Part shown: positions 10,523 to 21,070 of the stretch, piece after piece
Layout: each line of letters starts with the position of its first letter
How positions within the stretch are numbered: position 1 is the stretch's first letter
From: an uncultured bacterium
GTDB lineage: Bacteria > Chloroflexota > UBA5177 > JANWHV01
Reading direction: 5' to 3'
Assembly (NCBI GenBank): GCA_963729625.1
Contig: CAVSOU010000011.1
Location: forward strand, 64,001 to 128,000
Length of the DNA stretch: 64,000 nucleotides
Made by a program: the position numbers and the translations under genes
The notes under the pieces: model-generated
The model's input: the letters and a program-made list of their open reading frames with translations, nothing else
Told to the model about the DNA's origin: nothing
Databases searched by the model: none

Positions 10523-12172
10523 ATGAACAGGGCTCGCTCGGTCGCTATCGCGGCCCTCATGCTCGTGCTTCCGCTTGGCGGAAGCTTGTCGGCGCACGGC
10601 TCCGTCCATGTCCGCGCGTCCGTGGACGCCGCGGCTCCGGTACGGGGCGGCACGGTCATCGACGGTCTGTACGAAGAGCCCACGTCGCTGATGCCGAACA
10701 CAGGCGTGACAGCCTTCAGTATCGGCGTGCAGGAGACGCTGTTCTCGCCGCTTTTCTATACCGACGGCGCCGGCAAGCTGCACCCTGGGCTTGCGGCAAC
10801 CATTCCGACATTGGCTAACGGCGGTATCTCGAAGGACGGCCTGACCTACACATTTGCGCTGCGATCGGGCCTGAAGTGGTCGGACGGGCAGCCGCTCGAC
10901 GCACGTGATGTGGATTTCTCGTGGCGAATGTGGACCTCCGCCGACGTGCTGGTCAATAGCCGTGTGGGCTTCGACGACATCAAGAGCGCAGACGTCTCGG
11001 CCGACAATCTGACGATCGCTTTCCATCTCAAGCGTGTCTACGTGCCTTTCCTCTCGATCTGGGTTGACCAGGTCATGCCGGTGCCGGAGCACGTGCTCAA
11101 AGGCCTTTCCGGGAAGCAAATCAACACGAGCAAGTTCCTCTACCAGCCGACCGTTGGCAGCGGACCGTTCGTTATTGCATCGCGCCACGCCGGCGCGGAT
11201 ATCGTCGAGAAACGCAATCCACATTTCTATATCGCCGGACGCCCATACCTGGACCAGCTGATCTTCCGTATCATCCCCGAGCAGACGGCGATTACCAACG
11301 CGCTCAGCGCCCACGAGATCGATGCCGCCTGGTTCCTCGACATCTCACAGGTGAGCACGCTGAAGAGCATCAGCGGCTACACGTTCCTTGCCGCCCCGGC
11401 GCCAAACTATGAGCAGGCAGTCGTCAACTTTGAGAATCCGACCCTGCAGGATGTTCGGGTACGCCAGGCGCTGGAATACGGGCTGGATCGTCCGGCCATG
11501 GTGAAAGATGTCTGGCACGGAGCGGCGCAGCTGATAGCCTCCGATCAGGTGTCTGCCTCGTTCTCCTACGATCCGGCCATCCAGCCGTATCCATACGATC
11601 CGGCCAGGGCTGCCAGGCTCCTCGACGAAGCAGGATGGAAGCTTGGCTCGGACGGTTATCGCCACAAGAACGGGAAGACGTTGAGCCTGCGCTGGTCGAC
11701 CACCGCGCACAATCAGTGGCGCGCGCAGGATGAAGCCATTGCTCAGCAGAGCTACAAGCAGATCGGCATTCAGCTGACGCTCGTCAATTACCCGGGCTCG
11801 ACACTCTTCGGCAGCATATTCCCGAACGGCAAGTTCGACCTCGGCGAGTGGGAGAACGGCATGGTGTACGACCCGGACAACACCATCGCCCCCTACTTCG
11901 GCAGCAGTCAGTTCGGGCCCAAGGGCAATAACTTCGGCCATTACGCCAACGCTGCGTACGACAAGCTGATCGCCGCGGAGGAGTCCACGTTGGATCCGGC
12001 AAAACGGAAGGTCATCTTCAGCCAGATGCAGCGCGTCATGAATCAAGATCTGCCGGCGCTTTGGCTCTATGGTCAGAACACGCCTGCAGAGCACCGGAAC
12101 ACGCTGCATAATTACGCGCCGGGGCCGTTCAGCTATGAGCTGTGGAACACGTGGGATTGGTGGAAGGGATAG
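10523..12172 (+). CDS. Peptide ABC transporter substrate-binding protein (family 5)
   Basis: Signal peptide; LRSGLKWSDGQPLDARDV, GSGPF and DVRVRQAL motifs. Confidence 0.95.
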   Translation: MNRARSVAIAALMLVLPLGGSLSAHGSVHVRASVDAAAPVRGGTVIDGLYEEPTSLMPNTGVTAFSIGVQETLFSPLFYTDGAGKLHPGLAATIPTLANGGISKDGLTYTFALRSGLKWSDGQPLDARDVDFSWRMWTSADVLVNSRVGFDDIKSADVSADNLTIAFHLKRVYVPFLSIWVDQVMPVPEHVLKGLSGKQINTSKFLYQPTVGSGPFVIASRHAGADIVEKRNPHFYIAGRPYLDQLIFRIIPEQTAITNALSAHEIDAAWFLDISQVSTLKSISGYTFLAAPAPNYEQAVVNFENPTLQDVRVRQALEYGLDRPAMVKDVWHGAAQLIASDQVSASFSYDPAIQPYPYDPARAARLLDEAGWKLGSDGYRHKNGKTLSLRWSTTAHNQWRAQDEAIAQQSYKQIGIQLTLVNYPGSTLFGSIFPNGKFDLGEWENGMVYDPDNTIAPYFGSSQFGPKGNNFGHYANAAYDKLIAAEESTLDPAKRKVIFSQMQRVMNQDLPALWLYGQNTPAEHRNTLHNYAPGPFSYELWNTWDWWKG

Positions 12173-12318
12173 TTCCGGTCTGGCTGGGCCGTACAGGCTC
12201 CCCCGTTGGTAGCGGGTAAGTCTCGTCATTGAGTTCGGCGTCCCACAAGGGGACAATGGTGGCGCGGTGGCACGCGCCGGCAAACCCGCACGCTCGTCGC
12301 CACCTTCCGTAATTCCCG

Positions 12319-14108
12319 ATGAGGCAGGAGGTCGGAAACGTGCGTCGGTGGCTCGCATTGAGCGCGGCATGCGCGTTGGTCATCGCCGGCCTGGTTACCG
12401 GCGCGCGCGCCCGGGAGGCGCTGCGCACGACTGCCAATGCGCCGGTCGCCGGCGCCCCCGGTTGCCCGATCTTTCCCGCGAACAACGTCTGGAATGCGGA
12501 CGTGTCGGCGCTCCCGACGGCGACCAATTCCACGGCGATGATCGATTCAATCGGCGCTTCGACCGGGTTGCATCCCGACTTCGGCTCCGACCTCAGTTAC
12601 GGGATCCCATACAACGTGGTCAGCGGCACCCAGGCCAGGGTTCCAGTGACCTTCGACTACGCTGGCGAATCCGATCCGGGCCCGTATCCAATCCCTGCGA
12701 ATCCACAGATAGAGGCCGGCAGCGATGCTCACCTCCTGATCGTGGACAAAGACGCCTGCTATCTCTACGAGTTGTGGGACACCAGGCAGGTCGGCGGCCA
12801 GTGGCTCGCCGGATCCGGCGCCATCTGGAATCTTCAGTCAAACGCGCTGCGACCCGACGGCTGGACGAGCGCCGACGCCGCCGGCCTGCCGATCCTACCG
12901 GGCCTTGCTCGCTACGAGGAGGTAACCGCCGGCGTGATCGACCATGCGCTGCGATTTACCGCGAGTAACACGCGCAACATGCACATCTATCCTGCTCGCC
13001 ACGACGCCGGATCGAACAACGCGGCGTACCCGCCTATGGGCCTTCGCGTGCGGCTCAAGGCGTCAGTTTCAATCAGCGGCTTCACGCCGGATGTGCAGGT
13101 TGTGCTGACGGCGCTGAAGAAGTTCGGGATGATTCTGGCCGACAATGGCTCTAACTGGTACATATCCGGCGTATCCAATGCAGGTTGGAACGACAGCAAT
13201 CTCCACCACCTCAATCAAATTGTCGGATCGGATTTCGAGGTCGTGGACACAAGCGCGCTTGTCAACGGCCCGGATCCGGCCACGGCCACGCCGGTGGGCG
13301 GAGGCGGCCCGACCCTGACCTGGACGCCCACGCCCACACGGACACCAGTCCCGCCAACGTCGAGCCCATCACGCACCCCATCGTCGACTTCGACTGCTAC
13401 GCTCACGCCGGCAGCGTCGCCTACAGGCCCGCCCGCAACCTCGACCATGACCCCTCCAGCTCCCACCACGACATCAGTCTGCTACCGAAACGCGGACAGC
13501 CGTACCGGTTCCCAGCGCCACGCCGACGTCGACGCCTGCGATCACGACACTGACGGTGCCGATCGCGGCCGGATGGAATCTGATCACGATGCCCCTATCT
13601 CCTACCGTGGCGCTCTCGGCCGACGCTCTGCTGTCCGGCGTGCTGAATAGATCCGGCGGCAACTTCGCGGAGATCGCCGGATATCGCGGCGGGCAATGGA
13701 CCGCCCACCGTTACGACGACCGATCAGAAGGCCTCGGCTTCGGCGGTTCGGATGACTTTGCGCTGGGACTGGCCACGGGTTACGCGCTGTACAGCGACGA
13801 GGCGGCGAGCTTCGTCTTCAGCGGGCTGCCGGCAGGCTCCACGGCTGTGCCGCTTACCCCGGGATGGAACCTTGTCGGCTGCCCCGACGCTCTTGCTGGC
13901 AGTGTCCAGGCGTATGGCATCCTGTCCAGCTCTGGTCGCCCAGACCGGTGGCTATGCGGAGATCGATGGTCTGGCCGGTAGCGCATGGCGGCCGAGCGCC
14001 TACGACGATACTGTCGACGGTCGTAGCGACGGCCAGGCCAACTTCGCCGTTCTGCCGGGCGAGGGCTACGCGCTCTTTTCGACGGCTAGCGCGACACAAC
14101 CGTTGTAG
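12319..14108 (+). CDS. Secreted protein: uncharacterised N-domain, Pro/Thr/Ser linker and two GWNL repeats; frameshifts at ~13478 and ~13930
   Basis: Signal peptide; ESDPGPYPIP, GWTSADAAGLPILPGL and ADNGSNW blocks. ORFs 13556 and 13752 continue the coding sense in shifted frames. Confidence 0.75.
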
Positions 14109-15555
14109 GACGGCGCTCGTAAAGGACGATGTCGTCGTCCTGGGCGATGAGCTTCCACGCCGGATCGTGCTCTATGGCAGTGACGGCGCTTAAGCGCTTG
14201 GCCTCCGTCGCCGAACGCTCGTGCAGGTCGAAGAGCAAGACCTGGGCTTGCTCATACCCGGTGAAGAAGTGGGTGACCCAGCGGCGCTCTGTCAGGTGCG
14301 CGCCCATCTGATTGTCGACTGCCAGTGCCACGTCTGGAGGAACCATGGAGACGAGATGCTCCATGGCTCTTTCGCGCGGCCCCATGCTGAAGTTCCCGGC
14401 CACGAAGCCCTGCTGGCCCGGTAATGGCCCGATCAGCAGTCCCTCGATCACTACCGCGATCAACAGCATTGCCGAGGCGCCGAGCCGGTAGCCGGCGGGC
14501 AGCCGGCAGAGGCCGTTGACGGCGGTGGCGAAGAGCAGCGGGATCAGCGGGGCGGCGTAGTGGTAGTGAATGTCATACTGCAAGGGATAGGTGCTGAGCA
14601 ATGTATAGCCGATTGTCGGGACGATCAGCACGATCGACCGGCCGCCGAGAAGCGGGAGGAACAGGAGAGGAGCGAACAGAAGCGCGAGGTAGCCAAGCTT
14701 GTCCCCATTGAGAAATCGCGTCAGGTAGCTCAGGTCCACCGATCCATGTCGGAGCAGCCCGCCCTGATAGCGTCCCTCGAACAGGTAGGGGCCGCCCCGT
14801 ATGTGCGGGACGGCCCAGTATACTACACCGGCTGTCCAACCCAGGCCCAGCGCGACGAGAACGAGACCGGCGGCCCGGTAGCGCTTCTCGAGGAAAGCAT
14901 AGGTGCCGAACCCGGCAGTGATCAGCCCGACTTCTTCTTTGAACAGAAGGGCGATACAGAGCAGGACCACGGCGTGCCATGTCCGGCCGGCATCGAGACG
15001 CTCGATGGCCCAGGCGAGAAACGGCACCGCGAGGGCGATTTCGTGGAAGTCGAACAGGTTTGCGAATGCGAGCGACGGGTAGAGGAGATACGCGATTGCC
15101 AGGAGGACGGCAATGCGCTCGTCATCGGCTCGCCTTCCCGCAAGCAGATAGATGGGAACAGCGCCCGCAGCCAGGAACAGTGTCTGCAGAACGAGAAGGG
15201 TGTAGACAGACGGAAAGAGCAAGTCCGGCACGGCAAGCACGACGATACCGGGGCTGAAGTGCTGGCCAAGGAACACGTGATTTGCCTGGACGTATGGGTC
15301 CAGCGTATCCCAGAACCAGCGGCCATGCGCCGTGTTCCAGATCACTTGGTCGAAGATGCCGAGGTCGATGAGCGACGAGTGGTATGTAGCATGTTTGAGA
15401 CAACTCAGGACGGTCAGCGCCACACAGTAGACAAGCAGAGCAACGCACAGTAGCAGGCGAGGTTGTGTGCAGCGGGCTTTCAGTGACGTGCTCCTGCCGA
15501 CTCGGCATGCGGACCGAATCCAGTTGCAGATGATAGCCCCGTAGCGTCGATGCAA
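14086..15555 (-). CDS. DUF2079 family multi-pass membrane protein (GT-C-like); true start may be downstream
   Basis: DLGIFDQVIWN, HFSP, FDFHE, KEE and YHYAAP motifs. Confidence 0.85.
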   Translation of the reverse strand: MHRRYGAIICNWIRSACRVGRSTSLKARCTQPRLLLCVALLVYCVALTVLSCLKHATYHSSLIDLGIFDQVIWNTAHGRWFWDTLDPYVQANHVFLGQHFSPGIVVLAVPDLLFPSVYTLLVLQTLFLAAGAVPIYLLAGRRADDERIAVLLAIAYLLYPSLAFANLFDFHEIALAVPFLAWAIERLDAGRTWHAVVLLCIALLFKEEVGLITAGFGTYAFLEKRYRAAGLVLVALGLGWTAGVVYWAVPHIRGGPYLFEGRYQGGLLRHGSVDLSYLTRFLNGDKLGYLALLFAPLLFLPLLGGRSIVLIVPTIGYTLLSTYPLQYDIHYHYAAPLIPLLFATAVNGLCRLPAGYRLGASAMLLIAVVIEGLLIGPLPGQQGFVAGNFSMGPRERAMEHLVSMVPPDVALAVDNQMGAHLTERRWVTHFFTGYEQAQVLLFDLHERSATEAKRLSAVTAIEHDPAWKLIAQDDDIVLYERRPTTVVSR

Positions 15556-15571
15556 GCAAGGAGCAGAAGCA

Positions 15572-15892
15572 ATGCGTGCGATTCTCTACTACGTCGACGG
15601 CCCACGACCGTTGGAGCTGGCTGGCCTGGAGCGGCTGGTGTTCGAAGACCTGACCCTGGAGGATGCGCGGACACTGATGACAATTCCGGCTGCACGCGCA
15701 CCCGGCCTGCCGCTGGAGCCGGCGACCGTGCGCGGCCGGAGCTTCAATCGCCACGAGGACAACCGCGTCCTGATCCGCAATTCATGGGGCATCACCGACG
15801 TACATGTCGCAGCCAGGCAGCACGTTGTGACCATGTTGCTCCCGGCCGACGACCTGGAGACGCTCGAGCGGAGAGATCGGGAGCATGCCTGA
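15572..15892 (+). CDS. Hypothetical protein overlapping the mutM start
   Basis: AAGGAG RBS, normal codon usage, 8 bp overlap with mutM. Confidence 0.7.
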   Translation: MRAILYYVDGPRPLELAGLERLVFEDLTLEDARTLMTIPAARAPGLPLEPATVRGRSFNRHEDNRVLIRNSWGITDVHVAARQHVVTMLLPADDLETLERRDREHA

Positions 15893-16712
15893 GCTCCCGG
15901 AAGTTCAGACAGTAGTCGACCAGTTGCGAGTACGGCTCGATGGCAGCCGCTTCATTCCCGGTGGCACGTTTCTCTGGTCGGGCGCGGCGGGTTATCCGGA
16001 CGCCGATGAGCTGATCGCGCGCGTGACGGGCCGGAAAGTCGCGAGCGTCAGGCGTCGCGCAAAATACATCCTCATAGATCTTCATGACGACGTGCTGTTC
16101 GTCGTCCACCTGCGGATGACGGGCAATCTTCACTTCGCGGCTCCCGGCGATCCGGCCCACCGGTATTTGCGGGCGCGCTTTCCGCTGGACACTGGTGAGG
16201 AGCTGCGCTTTGCCGATATGCGGAAGTTCGGACGCCTCTACATCGGCAGTCTCGCCGAGCTTGACACGGCGATTCCCCTGGCACGGCTGGGTCCCGAGCC
16301 TCTTGACGATCGGTTCACGGCAGGAGTGCTCGGCGAGAGGCTGGCCGGAAGACGCGGGGCAATCAAGTCCGCTCTGCTCGACCAGGGGGTACTGGCTGGT
16401 CTCGGCAATATCTACGCCGACGAAGCCCTGTTCCGTGCTGCGATCAGCCCCTTGCGGCCGGCAGGCTCGCTTTCGGCCGGCGAGCTGGAGGCGCTTCATG
16501 CTGGTATCTGCGCGGCGCTCCGGGAAGCCCTTGCCAACCGAGGCACCAGCTTTCGAGACTATCTCAGCCTATCGGGCGAGCCGGGCGACAACGAGCCGTA
16601 CCTGCTCGTCTTTCGCCGGGCGGGCCACCCCTGCGCACGATGCGGGCAGCCCCTGACGCGCATCGTCGTGGGCGGCCGAGGCACACACTACTGTCCAAAT
16701 TGCCAGCTGTAG
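15885..16712 (+). CDS. mutM: Formamidopyrimidine-DNA glycosylase
   Basis: MPELPEV N-terminus, HLRMTG, GLGNIYADE and C-terminal CxxC..CxxCQ zinc finger. Confidence 0.98.
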   Translation: MPELPEVQTVVDQLRVRLDGSRFIPGGTFLWSGAAGYPDADELIARVTGRKVASVRRRAKYILIDLHDDVLFVVHLRMTGNLHFAAPGDPAHRYLRARFPLDTGEELRFADMRKFGRLYIGSLAELDTAIPLARLGPEPLDDRFTAGVLGERLAGRRGAIKSALLDQGVLAGLGNIYADEALFRAAISPLRPAGSLSAGELEALHAGICAALREALANRGTSFRDYLSLSGEPGDNEPYLLVFRRAGHPCARCGQPLTRIVVGGRGTHYCPNCQL

Positions 16713-16954
16713 CGAGCTCATCCTTCGACCATCTCGTGCTTCTTGCCGGTGTGCGAGGCAGTGCTCGCCAGCCTCGCGTAGGGTGACGGGCCTCAGATTA
16801 CTCATTTAGCGTGACCGCGCCCGGCGGGGGCCGGTGACCTGCCCTGAATCCAGATTGGTAAGGGAAGCCGCAGCCGTGCACTGCTATACTGGCGCTGACT
16901 CCAGGAATCAAGTGAGTTTCTCCCCACCAGGACGCGGACCCCTCATGCTTCCGT

Positions 16955-17293
16955 CTAGCGGTAGCGGATTTCCAGCATGGTCACGCCTTGTTCGGTCCGC
17001 CACGGCCCGTGCCGCATCCCCGGGGGGCGGCACGCATACATGCCCGCGGTGAAGGTGGCGCCCAGGTTGAGGTCGGTGAGATCTCCGTCCAGAATGTAGA
17101 CTTCTTCCCAGTAGTCGTGGAAACGGACGCCCAGCGGGCTGCTGTCCGCGCCGGGCTCGTAGCGCTGCAGACCAGTGTAGGCGCCGCTGTCTGCGTCCTC
17201 CGCGAGAACCTGTGCCCAGATGCCGGGCACAACATCACTTGCCGCAACCCAGTCTCCAGACGGTCGATGAAACTCCAACTCAGGTTTTTCCAT
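16955..17293 (-). CDS. Cupin domain protein (ChrR-like)
   Basis: HDYWEEVYILDG and GMYACRPPGMRHGP cupin motifs. Confidence 0.85.
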   Translation of the reverse strand: MEKPELEFHRPSGDWVAASDVVPGIWAQVLAEDADSGAYTGLQRYEPGADSSPLGVRFHDYWEEVYILDGDLTDLNLGATFTAGMYACRPPGMRHGPWRTEQGVTMLEIRYR

Positions 17294-17524
17294 CTATCCC
17301 TTTCCAATCCTCCGTGCCTTGCGGGTCGACGGTATTCGGGCGAGGACGCCACGCATTGTGTAGCTGGAACCGCGCAACGCACGGTGTCCTCGCCGGCCCG
17401 AGTCACGCACTGAATTGCACGAGCCTCTCAGTTCGATGCCCCACTCGACACCGCTCCAAACGGGTCCCCCTCCGGTGGGAACCGCTGCAGATTGGTCCAA
17501 AACGGCCCGGTAATTTACAGAACG

Positions 17525-17553
17525 TTAACAATTGAGGCATAGCGTGATAACAT
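17525..17553 (+). promoter_or_regulatory. Putative sigma70-type promoter
   Basis: TTAACA-17 nt-TAACAT in an AT-rich patch; a second TATACT at 17562. Confidence 0.4.
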
Positions 17554-18020
17554 ACTGGAGTTATACTAGCAGTACGTGGTGAGTGAATCACCATCAAACA
17601 CGGACCATATCCCCCGGTTCTGGCAGCGAATCGCTGCCAGTACTTATCTTCTCCGCGCCGTCTCTGCGCGCACCAGAGACGGCGCAACTGTGTCCGGTAC
17701 TTGCATCGCTCACTGACCCAGAAACCCCATCACCACCATGCCACTATTGCCTAAAGGACATGAAGTGTGGCAGACTGCACTGTGCATAGGTAGGTCTATC
17801 GGGTAGGTGTGCGAGGCTGGCAGGCGCCTCAAGGGCATTCCGCGTCTTTAAGGCAGGAATCCGCGAGGATTCCCCGATCGCCATCGAAGGGCGCGCTGGG
17901 CCGTTGTATACTGATCGGTGGTTGAAAGCTGGCCAGAGTTGCGGCTGTGACGTGCACAGCACAACATGGTGCGGTTTTGGCCGTAACACTGCTGAGTCTG
18001 GTTGATCGCTCGACGATACG

Positions 18021-19925
18021 ATGCAAGATTGCCAACGTGTTCCGTTAATCGATGATCGCGGCGAGCGGTCTGGGAAGGACTCGCCCGATCGCACGTCTGG
18101 CTCCAGTGTGGCTCAGACCGTCGACGTGAAGCGGCGAGCCGATCGCTTCTTGTTGTTGAGCACTGCAGTACAAGAACTGACAGCACTGCGCACGGTCCCG
18201 GAAGTGTGCGAGGTCCTGTACGCTCAGACGAAGCGCCTGACAAACTGCACGGTCTTCTATGTCGGTCTCTATTCGTATGAACGGCAAGAGGTCGAGATCG
18301 TGCTGAAGATGGAGCCCGGCGTGGCGTACCCACTCAGCTCCGTCCGGGCCGTGGAAACACTCATTGGCAAGGCGATTACGTCGAGGCAGGCATTTGTGCG
18401 CCACGCCGGCTCCCCGGTCGACCCGGAGCTGCGGCTTGCGCAGGACGCCATCGGCCCTCAGTCCGCCCTCTTCGTGCCCATGCTAGCCGGGGACCGCATC
18501 GTGGGAGCGATGTCGCCGCACAGCTACAAGGATCGCGCGTACGATGAGGACGACATCGCGATCGTGCAGGCACTCGCGAACCAGGCAGCTCAGGCGATTG
18601 AGAATGCGCGGCTCTTCGAGCAAACTCGCGCCTGGGCGTCTAAACTGGAAACGGCAGAGCGGCTCGGGGCCGACCTGCATCGACCGACCTCCGCCGGCGA
18701 GGTGGGCAAGACCATGGGCGAGGCTCTGAAGAACCTGTTGCCTCTGGACACCTTCCGGGTCATGTTGGTTGAAGACGATACGCAGGATCTGGTCGCATTC
18801 GAATACGGCGTGGCATCCGGCGGGTCGTGTGGCTTGCAGTCCACCGATCTGCGCGTGCACAAAGGGCAGGGCCCCGTCGGTCGGTGTGCCCGCGACGGCG
18901 AGACGGTGCTTGTCACCGTTGATGCAGATGGCGAACGACGCACCAGCTCTCAGCTTGGTCCTGCGTCCGAAGTGACATCGCTGGCGGCGCCGATGTGGCA
19001 CGAGAAGTCCCTGATTGGCGTGCTTGCGTTGACGAAGGAGGGCCGGGACCAGTACGACGCCGACCATGTCCGACTGCTGGAGCGTTTCGCCGACCACGCG
19101 GCGCTGGCATTAGCCAATACGCTAATCCTGGACAGGACGAACCAGCGTTTGGCCAAGCTCAACGAGCTCGATCAGTTGCGCAAGGAGTTCCTCTCGACCA
19201 TACGGCACGAGCTGCGCACGCCGCTGACCAGCATTGTCGGCTTCACTGAAACGCTCCTGCACTTCTGGGACAGGCTGACGATCCTTCGCCAGAAGGAAAT
19301 GGTCTATAAGATTCAGACGTCTTCTGCCCGCTTGCAGCGCCTGGTTGAGGATCTGCTGTCCAATTCGCGCATGGATGGCGCCACGCTGTCGCTAACGCTT
19401 GAGTCGGTCGACTTGGCATCGCAAATACGCCAATCGATAGTCGAAGTGACGACAAAGTATCGCGGCCAGATGGTGATTCAGGAAGCCCCCAAGGACGTCG
19501 TGTCGGTCTGCGCCGACGCGCATCGCGTGCAGCAAGTGGTCGTCAATCTGCTGGATAATGCCGCGAAGTACAGTCCGGAAGGGCGCCCGATCAACGTTCG
19601 CTGGAGCGTGATCGATGACTTTGCGCAGGTGTCCATTCAGGACTTCGGGCCGGGCATCGCTGAGAAGGACATGGGCGTCCTGTTCACGCGGTTCGGGAAG
19701 ATTGCACAGCCGATGCGTTCGGGCCAGTCGGGCACCGGCCTCGGCCTCTTCATCTCGCGCCAGCTCATCGAGGCTATGGGCGGCACTATTTGGGTGGACA
19801 CAGAGGAAAGTCGCGGCAGCACCTTTTCCTTTCGCTTGCCGCTCGTGCCCCATGCCGTGCAACGTGACGACGGTGACGGAGTGACCAGGTCCTCGGTACG
19901 GCTCGATCAGCGGAGTGCCGGCTGA
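18021..19925 (+). CDS. GAF-GAF sensor histidine kinase
   Basis: Two GAF-like segments; HELRTPL H-box, NLLDNAAKY, DFGPGI and GTGLGL; no TM helices. Confidence 0.93.
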   Translation: MQDCQRVPLIDDRGERSGKDSPDRTSGSSVAQTVDVKRRADRFLLLSTAVQELTALRTVPEVCEVLYAQTKRLTNCTVFYVGLYSYERQEVEIVLKMEPGVAYPLSSVRAVETLIGKAITSRQAFVRHAGSPVDPELRLAQDAIGPQSALFVPMLAGDRIVGAMSPHSYKDRAYDEDDIAIVQALANQAAQAIENARLFEQTRAWASKLETAERLGADLHRPTSAGEVGKTMGEALKNLLPLDTFRVMLVEDDTQDLVAFEYGVASGGSCGLQSTDLRVHKGQGPVGRCARDGETVLVTVDADGERRTSSQLGPASEVTSLAAPMWHEKSLIGVLALTKEGRDQYDADHVRLLERFADHAALALANTLILDRTNQRLAKLNELDQLRKEFLSTIRHELRTPLTSIVGFTETLLHFWDRLTILRQKEMVYKIQTSSARLQRLVEDLLSNSRMDGATLSLTLESVDLASQIRQSIVEVTTKYRGQMVIQEAPKDVVSVCADAHRVQQVVVNLLDNAAKYSPEGRPINVRWSVIDDFAQVSIQDFGPGIAEKDMGVLFTRFGKIAQPMRSGQSGTGLGLFISRQLIEAMGGTIWVDTEESRGSTFSFRLPLVPHAVQRDDGDGVTRSSVRLDQRSAG

Positions 19926-20255
19926 TACGCTGCCTCCTGCACGGCGTCGTAGGTGACACCGTCAACACAGATGAGCGTGCTTGGCCGCCGCAGCCGTCCG
20001 TGACCGCACGTCATGCCAGTGACATGTGTGCTCATCCATGACCGACTTGCCACCAACCTGACGGTCGGTTATGAACGTAGAGTTGCGCTCACGGGACCGC
20101 AGTCAGGCACCCACCGCGGTGGGTGGGGCTTCCCTGCTGCCGCGGCTTCAGGCTTGGGTCGTGTCGCAACCACTGCACGTCGACAGACCAGCAGTCCGAC
20201 ACTGCCGGCATGTACTGTCCCGCCGGTGCGGCCGGCACAGCAGAGGAACCGGCGA

Positions 20256-20996
20256 TCAGTGGCCGCAACTCCCTACGCACGTGTGCATGTTCTCCACCAC
20301 CTTGACGATGGCCGGCGTGACGAACAGCGCAGGGAGAAAGTTGCCGATCCGGAGTTGAACGATCTTCAGCAATTTGAAGCCAATGGCAATGATGATCAGA
20401 CCGCCAACCGCCGACATCTCGGTGACCATCGATGTGTCGACCACGTGTTCGAGCAGCCCCGCACCCAGACTCAACGCTCCCTGGAAGATGCCAATGGTGA
20501 CAACGGACAGCAGTACGCCCCAGCCCAACACACTGCTGAACGCGAAGGACGAAAATCCGTCGAGCGTGGCCTTGAACACGAGGCTTTGATTGTCGCCGGT
20601 CAGGCCGTTCTGAATCGAGCCGAGAATAGCGAGCGGGCCAACGCAGAACAGCAGGCTGCTCGTGACGAATGCTTCGCTCAGGCTGCTGCCGTCGCTGCCG
20701 AAACGCCTCTGGATGCGGTCGCCGAAGCGCTGCAACCCGCCGTCAATGTCCAGTGCCTCGCCGATAAGCGATCCCACGAGAATGCCGCCGAGGACGTAGA
20801 GCGCGTTCTTGGTCTGCTGGCCATTGAGGATGCCCAGCATCAGCGCTGCAAGTCCGAGCGCTTGAAGTATCACCTCCTGAAAGCGCTGTGGCATGCGCGC
20901 CCCGACCAAGCGGCCGAGCACGGTGCCAACCGTAACGGTGGCCATGTTGATCAGCGTGCCGCTGGTCGCGTCGAGTGGGCTTATCATATTGCCCAA
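20256..20996 (-). CDS. DUF554 (YdfK/YqgA) membrane protein
   Basis: GTLIN, FCVGPLAILGS, KATLDGF and NFLPAL motifs. Confidence 0.9.
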   Translation of the reverse strand: MGNMISPLDATSGTLINMATVTVGTVLGRLVGARMPQRFQEVILQALGLAALMLGILNGQQTKNALYVLGGILVGSLIGEALDIDGGLQRFGDRIQRRFGSDGSSLSEAFVTSSLLFCVGPLAILGSIQNGLTGDNQSLVFKATLDGFSSFAFSSVLGWGVLLSVVTIGIFQGALSLGAGLLEHVVDTSMVTEMSAVGGLIIIAIGFKLLKIVQLRIGNFLPALFVTPAIVKVVENMHTCVGSCGH

Positions 20997-21070
20997 GCAT
21001 AGCAGAGGGAGAATGCCCTCTGGCGACCACCTGGAGCGCCGGTGAGCCCAGTAGCCTTCGCCGATCCGAT

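Noticed and set aside
16800-16945. Possible tRNA-Sec or riboswitch on the minus strand
   Set aside because: No UCA anticodon arm, T-loop or known aptamer consensus could be built.
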